NCBI GenBank assembly: GCA_902784785.1
Contig: CACZWF010000003.1
Span: 2,129-66,128 of the forward strand
Source: an uncultured Bacteroidia bacterium
GTDB taxonomy: Bacteria > Bacteroidota > Bacteroidia > Bacteroidales > UBA932
Direction: 5' to 3'
Length of the DNA: 64,000 nt
Position 1 is the first letter of the stretch; each line of letters starts with the position of its first letter. A model generated the notes under the pieces. It was not told the DNA's origin. It was given only the letters and a program-made list of their open reading frames with translations, and did not search any database. Made by a program: the position numbers and the translations under genes. Of this stretch, positions 18,149 to 26,223 are shown piece after piece.

Positions 18149-20485
18149 CTATTGCAGCGTGTCTTTCACATCGGTGAAACGATGGGTGTAATGACCGTAG
18201 GTGTCATTCATATAGGCGCTGACTGTGGCGGTATAACGTCCGTTGTGGTCGTCGTCCGTCATCCAGGAACCATAGACGAAGATCTGCTCCCAGTTTTGGC
18301 CCGTATACGGTTGGAGATTCCAATATGAACCATCGTCATCCTGTGCGGGACGGGCGTTGCCTTTGTTGGTCGTGGAGCCGAACACCTGCCATACATCGAT
18401 GCTGTCTCCATTGTGGTCTTTGTTGAACCACATCTTCAAGATATAGCGTCTCAAGTGGGCGTCCCAACTCTCCACACCCCATTCTATGACCTGGTCCTCT
18501 TTGCTCCAGACACCGTTGCCGATGTAATTCAGCGAATAATTGACGCTGTTGTGGTATTGGAGTTCCACTCGGACCTGATCGATGCGGCGGATGCAGCATT
18601 TGCCTGTGGCAAAATTAGCCCGTATGCGCCAGATGCCATCGTTCTTGACCGTATAAGACGCTTTTTTAGGGGCGGCAATTTTCGCCATCGCATTCCCGTC
18701 GGAGACCGGGGCGAAATATTTGCTGCCGTCGGCGGTGGAGAAGTAAATTTTTTCTCCGGCCGTCAGTCGCGTATAGATTTCATAGTCATAGTCGCCAATG
18801 GCGTCGGTGTCGATGTTGGAGGCGTCGCCAAAGTTGTTCATCGCCGTATTATAGTATCCGCTAGCCCCGACATAAACCATCTTTTGCCCGGCCTCGGTGC
18901 TCCCTCCGATGAAGATGTTTTCTCCCGGGGTGATATCGGGCAGGTTTTGGCTGTCGCGTACGTTGGTGATGCTATGCGTGTAATGGCTGTTGCTGTTGTT
19001 CATCGTGACGGTCAGATCGCCGTAATATCGGTCCTCGTCGACCTCGCAAACAGAGGGGAACTTGAAGCAAGGTTCCCAATTGTCGCTGTTGTCACAGGGC
19101 TGGACATAGAAGTAGTCATCGCTCGTCGTTCCGTAGGTGGGGTTGCCTTTGTTGGTGCTCCAACGGCCATAGTAGGCTGTGCTTTCATCCGTAAAATGGA
19201 AGACGAATTTGTAGCGGTTGTTCCAACTTTGGGAATTTCTGCGCATTGACAGGTCCTTGTATTCCCAAACGCCGTTTCCTACATAGTTGAGGTCGGCGCC
19301 CAGCACGGAATACTGAGAGTACGCGAGGCGGGAAATCTGCTGTACGGCAGCGGTGCCGGAAGGCAACACCATACGGATGCGATAGATTCCGTCCGCGGGA
19401 GCGGCGTAATCGGCCTGCGAGTCTTTCTTGATGCCCGCGACCTGCGTTCCTTCCGCATTCAGGGCAAAGAGATAGTTGCCTTCACTCTGGAAATAGAATT
19501 TCTGTCCGGCTGTCAGACGGGTGAAGATTTCATAGTTATACGTACCGTCGTTCAGGTAGTGGTCCGTCGAGGTGTTCCAATAGTCTGCCGGGATGTAAGA
19601 GAGCGCCTGTCCATCTTCGGCGGAATTGCGGATGCGGACGGCGTCGCCCACAGCGAAAGCTTCGTCGGCGCGCCAGTCGCTGTCAGGCACCGTGAAGTCG
19701 GCCAACAGGTAATTGCTGTTGCGGGCGACATCGACGGCTTTGCTGTCGGCATACACGGCTTTGTAACCGTCCTTCTGATAGGTGATGCGGAGGCCGGAAG
19801 CAAAATTGCCGGGGAATACTGTGCAATAGTAGGTTTGTCCCGCTTCGAAGGAACCGGAAAGGGTCACCTTTGTCAGCGCGGAGGTCACCGTCACGCTCGG
19901 TTCGCCGTCGTTGTAGGCGATCTGGGCGGTTCCCGCCAGGGCTTCACCGCCGATGCTTTCCACCGAAATGCCGGTCAGTCCGCTGTTGCGAACCGTAATG
20001 GCCATCAACGCGCCTACATTCTTAAATAAAAGGTTGCTGTCGGAGGACTTGGCCACCGCCAGATTGGTCTTGTCGGCAAAACTGCCGGTAGTTGCCACCT
20101 GCGTGCCCGAGAGCGTAGCCGTGATGACGTCGCCGGAAATGCTCGCGGTATTGGACGCGGGATAGAGGGCGTAATAAGTGTCGAACAGAGTGGAAATACC
20201 GCTGAATGTGACACTGCGGGCATCTTCACTCAGACTCTCCACGGTATATATGGAACCTACACCGGCGGAGAATACGGTGATGTTGTCCGTCATATTCCAG
20301 AGGATATGGTTGTCGGAAGCGAGGGCAGTCCGCGTGCCGGCATCCTCTCCCTGGGCGGTAAAGGTCATTTTTTGCTTGTTCCCCGAGTCGGAAGCAGGAT
20401 TTTCGGGGGCTTCTTTCTGGCAAGCAGCCAGCGTTATCAGCGCCAATGCGCTTACTGTCAGTAGTCTCAAAGTTTTCATAATCAT
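18149..20485 (-). CDS. Multidomain lipoprotein C: fimbrillin-like head + 2 repeat modules (start reassigned to 20485 or 20479)
   Basis: Signal MKTLRLLTVSALALITLAAC; GTRTAL..ILWNMTDNITVF; two YNYEIFT/YDYEIYT..HYTH modules homologous to those of A and B. Confidence 0.8.
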   Translation of the reverse strand: MIMKTLRLLTVSALALITLAACQKEAPENPASDSGNKQKMTFTAQGEDAGTRTALASDNHILWNMTDNITVFSAGVGSIYTVESLSEDARSVTFSGISTLFDTYYALYPASNTASISGDVITATLSGTQVATTGSFADKTNLAVAKSSDSNLLFKNVGALMAITVRNSGLTGISVESIGGEALAGTAQIAYNDGEPSVTVTSALTKVTLSGSFEAGQTYYCTVFPGNFASGLRITYQKDGYKAVYADSKAVDVARNSNYLLADFTVPDSDWRADEAFAVGDAVRIRNSAEDGQALSYIPADYWNTSTDHYLNDGTYNYEIFTRLTAGQKFYFQSEGNYLFALNAEGTQVAGIKKDSQADYAAPADGIYRIRMVLPSGTAAVQQISRLAYSQYSVLGADLNYVGNGVWEYKDLSMRRNSQSWNNRYKFVFHFTDESTAYYGRWSTNKGNPTYGTTSDDYFYVQPCDNSDNWEPCFKFPSVCEVDEDRYYGDLTVTMNNSNSHYTHSITNVRDSQNLPDITPGENIFIGGSTEAGQKMVYVGASGYYNTAMNNFGDASNIDTDAIGDYDYEIYTRLTAGEKIYFSTADGSKYFAPVSDGNAMAKIAAPKKASYTVKNDGIWRIRANFATGKCCIRRIDQVRVELQYHNSVNYSLNYIGNGVWSKEDQVIEWGVESWDAHLRRYILKMWFNKDHNGDSIDVWQVFGSTTNKGNARPAQDDDGSYWNLQPYTGQNWEQIFVYGSWMTDDDHNGRYTATVSAYMNDTYGHYTHRFTDVKDTLQ

Positions 20486-20498
20486 AGAAGATTGATGA

Positions 20499-20651
20499 TT
20501 AAAGATCCGTTTCCCAGCCATTGTCGCTGTCATACTCGATTTGACCGGAAAAAGCCTCCCCGGTGCTGGGGCCGCAGAATACGATTTCCGCCGAGACAGG
20601 CACCAGCCGGCTGACGGGTGTTTCGTACAATTTCATTTTGTCTTTTTTCAT
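20499..20651 (-). CDS. Small 50-aa peptide MKKDKMKLYETPVSRLVPVSAEIVFCGPSTGEAFSGQIEYDSDNGWETDL (not in ORF track)
   Basis: Read manually from the minus strand; paralog of 17883..18020 with YExP, AExVFCxPS and an acidic W-containing tail; lies between promoter and gene C. Confidence 0.78.
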   Translation of the reverse strand: MKKDKMKLYETPVSRLVPVSAEIVFCGPSTGEAFSGQIEYDSDNGWETDL

Positions 20652-20687
20652 ATTGTTTTGAATTTGTTTTGGCATTTTTCAACAATG

Positions 20688-20742
20688 CAAAGTTAGGAAT
20701 ATGCACGCATAATTTTGTACGATTTTATGCTTAATTAGTACG
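20688..20742 (-). promoter_or_regulatory. Promoter -7 box (TAACTTTG) with upstream CGTAC-N16-CGTAC direct repeat (candidate activator site)
   Basis: caaagtta at 20688-20695; gtacg at 20717 and 20738; same 22-bp offset from the -7 box as in the 18049 copy. Confidence 0.7.
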
Positions 20743-20804
20743 CATTCCGGATTTGTGCATACAAGCTATACTTTTTTGATTATCTTTGAAAAACATCAAA
20801 TTTT

Positions 20805-23243
20805 ATGAAAAAATCACTCTTTTTCCTTCCGCTTCTGGCGCTGCTCGCGTGCAGTACGAGCCAGGAAGATTACACCGCGTATGTCAACCCCAATATTGGC
20901 ACCGTGCACAGCCGCTGGTTCGTCTATACGCCGGCCGCGCTGCCCTTTGGCATGGCCAAACTGGGCGCCTCCACCAACGGCACCTATGGCAACAAGGACG
21001 GCTGGGAGGCCGTGGGCTATGAGGATACGCATCGTTCCATCGACGGTTTCCCTTGTTTTCACGAATTCCAGGTCGGTGGTCTGGCGCTGATGCCCGTCTG
21101 CGGACCCGTCAAAACCGTTCCTGGATTGCTGGAAAATCCCGATGAGGGCTGGCGTTCCCGTTTCGAAAAAGCGGACGAAGAAGCCCACCCCGGTTATTAC
21201 AAAGTGGTTTTGAGCGATTATGCGACGAAAGTGGAATTGACCGCTACCAAGCGGGTGGCCTACCAGCGATTCACCTTCGGTGCGGCGCCCTCCGATTCAG
21301 AATCGCAGCCCGCGTTGGATTCGACGGACCGTCATATCCTTATTAATATAGGTACGCGTCAGGGCGAGAGTGGAGCGGTTCGCGACGCGAAGGCCGAGAC
21401 CGACGGCAAGCATCTCTGGGGCTATGTGGTGACCGAGCCCGAATATGTCAAACGCTACCAAAGCGGGGCTTCCGTGTCGATGTTTTTCTATGGAGACCTG
21501 TCGGCGGCCCCTGCGGGTGTGAGCACCTTCACCGTGGGCGGTCCACTGGGAGAAAGTGCGGCGCTGGAGGACAAACTTCCTGTCGCCCAAGGGCCCGGAG
21601 CCGTCCTCTGCCTGGATTATCCCAATCAGGAGCAGGTGACCGTCCGTCTGGGTCTTTCCTATACCTCTGTCGATAACGCGCGCAAGAATTTTGAGACGGA
21701 AGTCTTGGGTTCGGCGGATGCGCTTTCTGCGGAAGCGACCGATGGCTTGTCCTTCGACGAGGTTCGCGATGCGGCGCATCAGATTTGGCAGGACGAACTT
21801 TCCAAACTGGCTGTCAGCGGCGGAACGCAGGAAAACAAAAATAAATTCTACACCGGTCTGTATCACGCCTTGCTGGGCCGTGGCTTGGCCAGCGACTGCA
21901 ACGGGGCCTATCCCCGCAACGACGGAACGATCGGGCAGATTCCTCTGAACGAGGATGGTACGCCGGTTCACAACCACTACAACACCGACGCTATCTGGGG
22001 CGGTTACTGGAACCTCACTCCGCTCTGGGCGCTGGCTTGGCCGGAGTACTACAACGACTGGGTGTCGAGTCAACTGCTGGTCTATCAGGACGCGGGATGG
22101 CTGGGCGACGGTATCGCCTGCAGCCGTTATGTGTCCGGTGTGGGCACCAATATGGTCAGCGTGGCTTTCGCCGGGGCCTACAACAGCGGCATCCGTTCCT
22201 ATGATATCGACAAGATGTACGCGGCGGCCCGCAAGGACAATCTGGAATGGACGGACCGCATCCCGGGCGCCGGAAAAATGGATGTGGAACGCTTCGTCAA
22301 AGACGGCTATGTCCCCTATGTCGACGGCTGGGTGGCGGATTCTAGAGGAGCGACTTTCTCCGTTTCCCATACCCTTGAATATGGTTTCAGCGCCTACGCC
22401 ACGGCCCAAATGGCCAAACAGTTGGGTAAGGAAGACGATTACCGTCAGTTGATGGGTCTTTCCGACGGCTGGGCCAAACTTTTCGACGACGGCTGCAAAA
22501 TGGTCCGTCCGCGTGTGCCCGGTGGCGCTTTTATCGAGCCTTTCGACCCCTTGGAGTCCTGGCGCGGTTTCCAAGAGGGGAATGCGATGCAATATACCTA
22601 CTTTGTGCCGCAGAACCCTGATTCTCTGGTCACCCGGATGGGGGCGGAAGTGTTCAATGAACGCTTGGATTCCATCTTCACCGAGGCCCGCAAGAGCATC
22701 TTCGGCGGCGGCAAGACGGCCTACGCCTTCTCCGGCTTGAGCAGTCCCTACAACCACGGCAACCAGCCCAGTCTCCACATTCCTTGGCTGTTCAATTTCT
22801 CCGGTCAGCCGGCTTTGACCCAGAAATGGGTGCGGCTGATTTGCGAGGAATTCTATGGTACGGACGGGGAACACGGATACGGTTACGGACAGGATGAAGA
22901 CCAGGGCCAACTCGGTTCTTGGTTTGTACTCTCCTCGATGGGGCTGTTCGATGTGCAGGGCGGAGCGCCGGAGCGGCCTACCTACCAATTGGGTAGCCCC
23001 GCTTTCGACAAAATCGTCATTCGCCTGAGCCCCTTCAACGCTTCCGGCAAGACGCTGACCATCCGTACGCACGGCGGCGGGTCCGGTCGCTATTATGTCC
23101 AGTCGGCGAAGTTCAACGGAAAGTCTTTGGACCATTGCTGGCTCTATCGCGACGAAATCTATCAGGGCGGAACGCTCGACCTCGTTCTTTCCGACCAACC
23201 CTCCGACTGCTGGGATGCTTCCGTTCCTCCCGTCTGCCGTTAA
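20805..23243 (+). CDS. Glycoside hydrolase family 92 alpha-mannosidase lipoprotein
   Basis: Lipobox LLAC; GH92 motifs YVNPNIGT, PFGM, FYTGLYH, SHTLEY, FQEGNAMQY, NHGNQP, DEDQGQLGSWFV. Confidence 0.94.
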   Translation: MKKSLFFLPLLALLACSTSQEDYTAYVNPNIGTVHSRWFVYTPAALPFGMAKLGASTNGTYGNKDGWEAVGYEDTHRSIDGFPCFHEFQVGGLALMPVCGPVKTVPGLLENPDEGWRSRFEKADEEAHPGYYKVVLSDYATKVELTATKRVAYQRFTFGAAPSDSESQPALDSTDRHILINIGTRQGESGAVRDAKAETDGKHLWGYVVTEPEYVKRYQSGASVSMFFYGDLSAAPAGVSTFTVGGPLGESAALEDKLPVAQGPGAVLCLDYPNQEQVTVRLGLSYTSVDNARKNFETEVLGSADALSAEATDGLSFDEVRDAAHQIWQDELSKLAVSGGTQENKNKFYTGLYHALLGRGLASDCNGAYPRNDGTIGQIPLNEDGTPVHNHYNTDAIWGGYWNLTPLWALAWPEYYNDWVSSQLLVYQDAGWLGDGIACSRYVSGVGTNMVSVAFAGAYNSGIRSYDIDKMYAAARKDNLEWTDRIPGAGKMDVERFVKDGYVPYVDGWVADSRGATFSVSHTLEYGFSAYATAQMAKQLGKEDDYRQLMGLSDGWAKLFDDGCKMVRPRVPGGAFIEPFDPLESWRGFQEGNAMQYTYFVPQNPDSLVTRMGAEVFNERLDSIFTEARKSIFGGGKTAYAFSGLSSPYNHGNQPSLHIPWLFNFSGQPALTQKWVRLICEEFYGTDGEHGYGYGQDEDQGQLGSWFVLSSMGLFDVQGGAPERPTYQLGSPAFDKIVIRLSPFNASGKTLTIRTHGGGSGRYYVQSAKFNGKSLDHCWLYRDEIYQGGTLDLVLSDQPSDCWDASVPPVCR

Positions 23244-23255
23244 ACAAAATAGTTT

Positions 23256-24968
23256 ATGAGAAAATCCAACTACGATAAATTCCCGGCCACGGCGGTCGAA
23301 GGTCCGCTCTGGATAGGTTGGGAAGCCATTTCCGCCCAATTCGCCTCGCTCAAGCCCGGCATACTTGCCATCGATTGCTATACGGGCGTGTTCGAAGAGG
23401 AAATCATCGAGGGCCTCAAGAACAATTATTCCACCCTGGTCCGTACCCGCGAATTGATGAAATCCGAGGCACAAGTCCGCGAATTGACCGGGCGTTTTAT
23501 GACGGACGATGTGTTGTTCGGCTATGTGTCCCCCTTGCGGCTTAGGGATTTCTTCGATGCCGATAAATTGGCGCAGGCGAAAGCCGACCTGAAGACGAAT
23601 ACGCTCATTGTCGGTCCGGGCGCTGCGATGCTGGCGGGGGAGGATGCCTGCCTGGTGTACGCCGATATGGCCCGCTGGGAGATTCAGCAGCGTTTCCGCG
23701 CCCACCGGGTCTGCGGATTGGGTGTGGACAACCGGAGCGACGCCGTTTCCATTCAATACAAACGGGGTCTGTTCATCGACTGGCGCGCTTTGGATTATTA
23801 TAAGGACGAACTTTTCCCCCGGGTGCAATGGTGGTTGGACACCAACGCCGAGGGAAATCCCAAATTGATTGACGCGGACACTTTCCAACGGGGAATGGCC
23901 TTGACAGCCCGCAAGCCCTTCCGGGTGGTTCCGTTCTTCGACCCGGCTCCCTGGGGCGGTCAATGGATGAAAGAGGTCTGCAACCTTGACAGAAGCGTCA
24001 GCAATTTCGGCTGGTGTTTTGACTGCGTCCCCGAGGAGAACAGCCTGCTGCTGGAAGTTGGGGGAGTGAAAGTGGAATTCCCTTCCCAAGACCTCGTCCT
24101 GCTCCATACCCGCGAATTGCTCGGCGTGCCCGTTGAAGGCCGTTTCGGCAAAGATTTTCCCATCCGCTTCGACTTTTTGGACACGATGGGCGGCGGCAAT
24201 CTGAGTTTACAAGTCCATCCGACCACCCAGTTCATCCGGGAACAATTTGGAATGCCCTACACGCAAGATGAAAGTTACTACTTGCTGGATGCGGACGAGG
24301 GTGCGACCGTGTACCTTGGGGTGAAGAAAAATGTGGACAAGGAGGCGATGCTGTCCGATTTGCGCGCGGCGCAGCGGGGCGAAATCAGTTTCGATGCGGA
24401 AAAATATGTCAACCGCTGGCCGGCCAAGAAGCACGACCATTTCTTGATTCCGGGCGGGACCATCCACTGTTCCGGGGCCAACGCGATGGTCTTGGAAATC
24501 AGTTCGACCCCCAATATCTTCACATTCAAACTCTGGGACTGGAACCGTCTCGGACTGGACGGAAAACCGCGCCCCATCAATGTGGAACGCGGCAGTCACG
24601 TGATTCAATGGGAGCGCGACACCGATTATGCCCGCGAAAACCTGATCAATCATTTCGAGGAGGTGGCTGAGGGCGACGGCTGGAAGGAAATCCGGACAGG
24701 CCTGCATCCCGCTGAATTTATCGAATCCCGTCGGATGGAGTTCACCAAAGCCGCGCCCTTCCATACCCGCGATAGCGTGCAGGTACTCAATCTGGTGGAA
24801 GGGGAGGCCGCCGTGGTGGAGAGTCCGGACGGTGCTTTCCCGCCTTTCGAGGTCCATTACGCCGAGACTTTCATCATACCCGCGTGCCTGAACGCCTTCA
24901 CCATCCGTCCCCTGCGCGAGGGCGAGCGTTGTATGGTGATTCGCGCCTATGTCCGATTTAATCCCTGA
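23256..24968 (+). CDS. Long class I mannose-6-phosphate isomerase-like protein (cupin C-domain plus extra N-terminal domain)
   Basis: PFFDPAPWGGQW, RFDFLDTMGGGNLSLQVHP, YTQDESYY, IPGGTIHC..LEI cupin metal motifs. Confidence 0.85.
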   Translation: MRKSNYDKFPATAVEGPLWIGWEAISAQFASLKPGILAIDCYTGVFEEEIIEGLKNNYSTLVRTRELMKSEAQVRELTGRFMTDDVLFGYVSPLRLRDFFDADKLAQAKADLKTNTLIVGPGAAMLAGEDACLVYADMARWEIQQRFRAHRVCGLGVDNRSDAVSIQYKRGLFIDWRALDYYKDELFPRVQWWLDTNAEGNPKLIDADTFQRGMALTARKPFRVVPFFDPAPWGGQWMKEVCNLDRSVSNFGWCFDCVPEENSLLLEVGGVKVEFPSQDLVLLHTRELLGVPVEGRFGKDFPIRFDFLDTMGGGNLSLQVHPTTQFIREQFGMPYTQDESYYLLDADEGATVYLGVKKNVDKEAMLSDLRAAQRGEISFDAEKYVNRWPAKKHDHFLIPGGTIHCSGANAMVLEISSTPNIFTFKLWDWNRLGLDGKPRPINVERGSHVIQWERDTDYARENLINHFEEVAEGDGWKEIRTGLHPAEFIESRRMEFTKAAPFHTRDSVQVLNLVEGEAAVVESPDGAFPPFEVHYAETFIIPACLNAFTIRPLREGERCMVIRAYVRFNP

Positions 24969-25003
24969 GGCGGCTTAACGGAGGTCGGGAGACTTGCGGC
25001 CGC

Positions 25004-26155
25004 TTACCGGCGTCCGAGCGCGAAGGCGCAATAGAACAGATAGCCCAAACATAAGGAAATGACAGCCAGCGACCCGCTCTGGCTGCCCATCGCCTGCGCC
25101 GCGACACCCATCAGGGGCGGAATCACGGCCCCTCCGCACACGCCTGTAATCATAAATCCGGAGATTTCGTTGCTCTTTTCCGGACGGGCTTTCAGCGCTT
25201 GGGAGAACAAAATGGAGAAGACGCTGGAGCAAAAGAATCCTACGCCGGCGATTCCCGCCAGAATCAGCGGCAGCGAGGGGGCGAAGAACAGCAGGACCAT
25301 CGCTCCGCAGGCGAGAACGATATTCACACGCATATACCTGACATCATTGATTCGGCTCAGCAGGAAGGTTCCCACAAAAGCCCCGATGGTACGGGCGATA
25401 AAATAAATGCTGGCGCCCAGCGAGGCCTTCTCCACCGCCAGACCGCAACGCTCAATCAGCAATTTTGCCGAAACGGTGTTGGTGCCCACATCCACTCCGA
25501 CGATAAAGAAAATTCCCAAAAAGAACAGCAGCACGACCTTGTCCTTGAGCAGGCCGAAGGCCTCTCCGACGGAGGTCCCGCCGGACTGGGCGGGTTCGCG
25601 GGGGATTTCCGTGAGTTCCAGCAGTAGGAAGGAGAGCAAGGTGATGGCCGCGTAGATGGCGAACAAGTATTTCCAATTGCCCAGCATACTCGTGGCCCAC
25701 AGCGCGAGGAAAGGGGCGCAGAAAGACGACAAGGCTTTGATGACCTGACCGCCGGTAAGGCAGGACGACAATTTGTCTCCGCTGACGACATTGGTCAGCA
25801 GGGGATTGAGGGAGACTTGCAGCAAGGTGTTCCCCACGCCCAACAGGATGAAGGCCGCCATCACGGCCGGAAAACTGTAAGAAACAAGCGGAATCAACAT
25901 TCCGAGGCAGGTGACGGCATTGCTGAGTTGGACCATCCGCTTGCGTCCGAAGCGGTTCATCAGCAGGGCGGCGGGGACGGAGAAGAGCAGGAACCAGATG
26001 AATACCATCGAGGGAATGAACCCTGCGACGGTTTCGCTCAAACCAAAATCCTGTTTGACATAACTGGTGGCGATGCCGACCACATCGCAGAAGCCCATGA
26101 CGAAAAAGGTGGCCAGAACGGGGATGAAATTGAAACGGCGGATAAGAGCTTGCAT
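25004..26155 (-). CDS. MFS sugar transporter (fucose/glucose-galactose permease-like); start reassigned to 26155
   Basis: About 12 hydrophobic segments; FFVMGFCDVVG, LLQVSLNPL, GGAVIPPLMG motifs. Confidence 0.88.
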   Translation of the reverse strand: MQALIRRFNFIPVLATFFVMGFCDVVGIATSYVKQDFGLSETVAGFIPSMVFIWFLLFSVPAALLMNRFGRKRMVQLSNAVTCLGMLIPLVSYSFPAVMAAFILLGVGNTLLQVSLNPLLTNVVSGDKLSSCLTGGQVIKALSSFCAPFLALWATSMLGNWKYLFAIYAAITLLSFLLLELTEIPREPAQSGGTSVGEAFGLLKDKVVLLFFLGIFFIVGVDVGTNTVSAKLLIERCGLAVEKASLGASIYFIARTIGAFVGTFLLSRINDVRYMRVNIVLACGAMVLLFFAPSLPLILAGIAGVGFFCSSVFSILFSQALKARPEKSNEISGFMITGVCGGAVIPPLMGVAAQAMGSQSGSLAVISLCLGYLFYCAFALGRR

Positions 26156-26223
26156 AGGCGTTGAAATTGTTGTGCAAGATAGCGAAATTTTAGTATCTTT
26201 GCAAGACTGAAAACGAATTGAAA

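Noticed and set aside
9952-20485. A complete type V pilus operon
   Set aside because: No short shaft pilin or Mfa2/FimB-type anchor gene is seen; only tip-like multidomain proteins are present
17883-20651. The YExP peptides as lasso-peptide or other RiPP precursors
   Set aside because: YxxP resembles an RRE-binding leader motif, but no lasso cyclase, B protease, RRE, radical SAM maturase or peptide exporter is nearby; kept only as a minor alternative
23-24107. Long antisense or overlapping ORFs in the track (23..1612, 3154..4797, 8488..10350, 12568..13794, 21297..24107 and similar, also 36042..37358, 41414..42970, 52634..54502, 59923..61404)
   Set aside because: They lie opposite well-supported genes, have no recognisable motifs, and are expected as shadows of GC-rich codon usage
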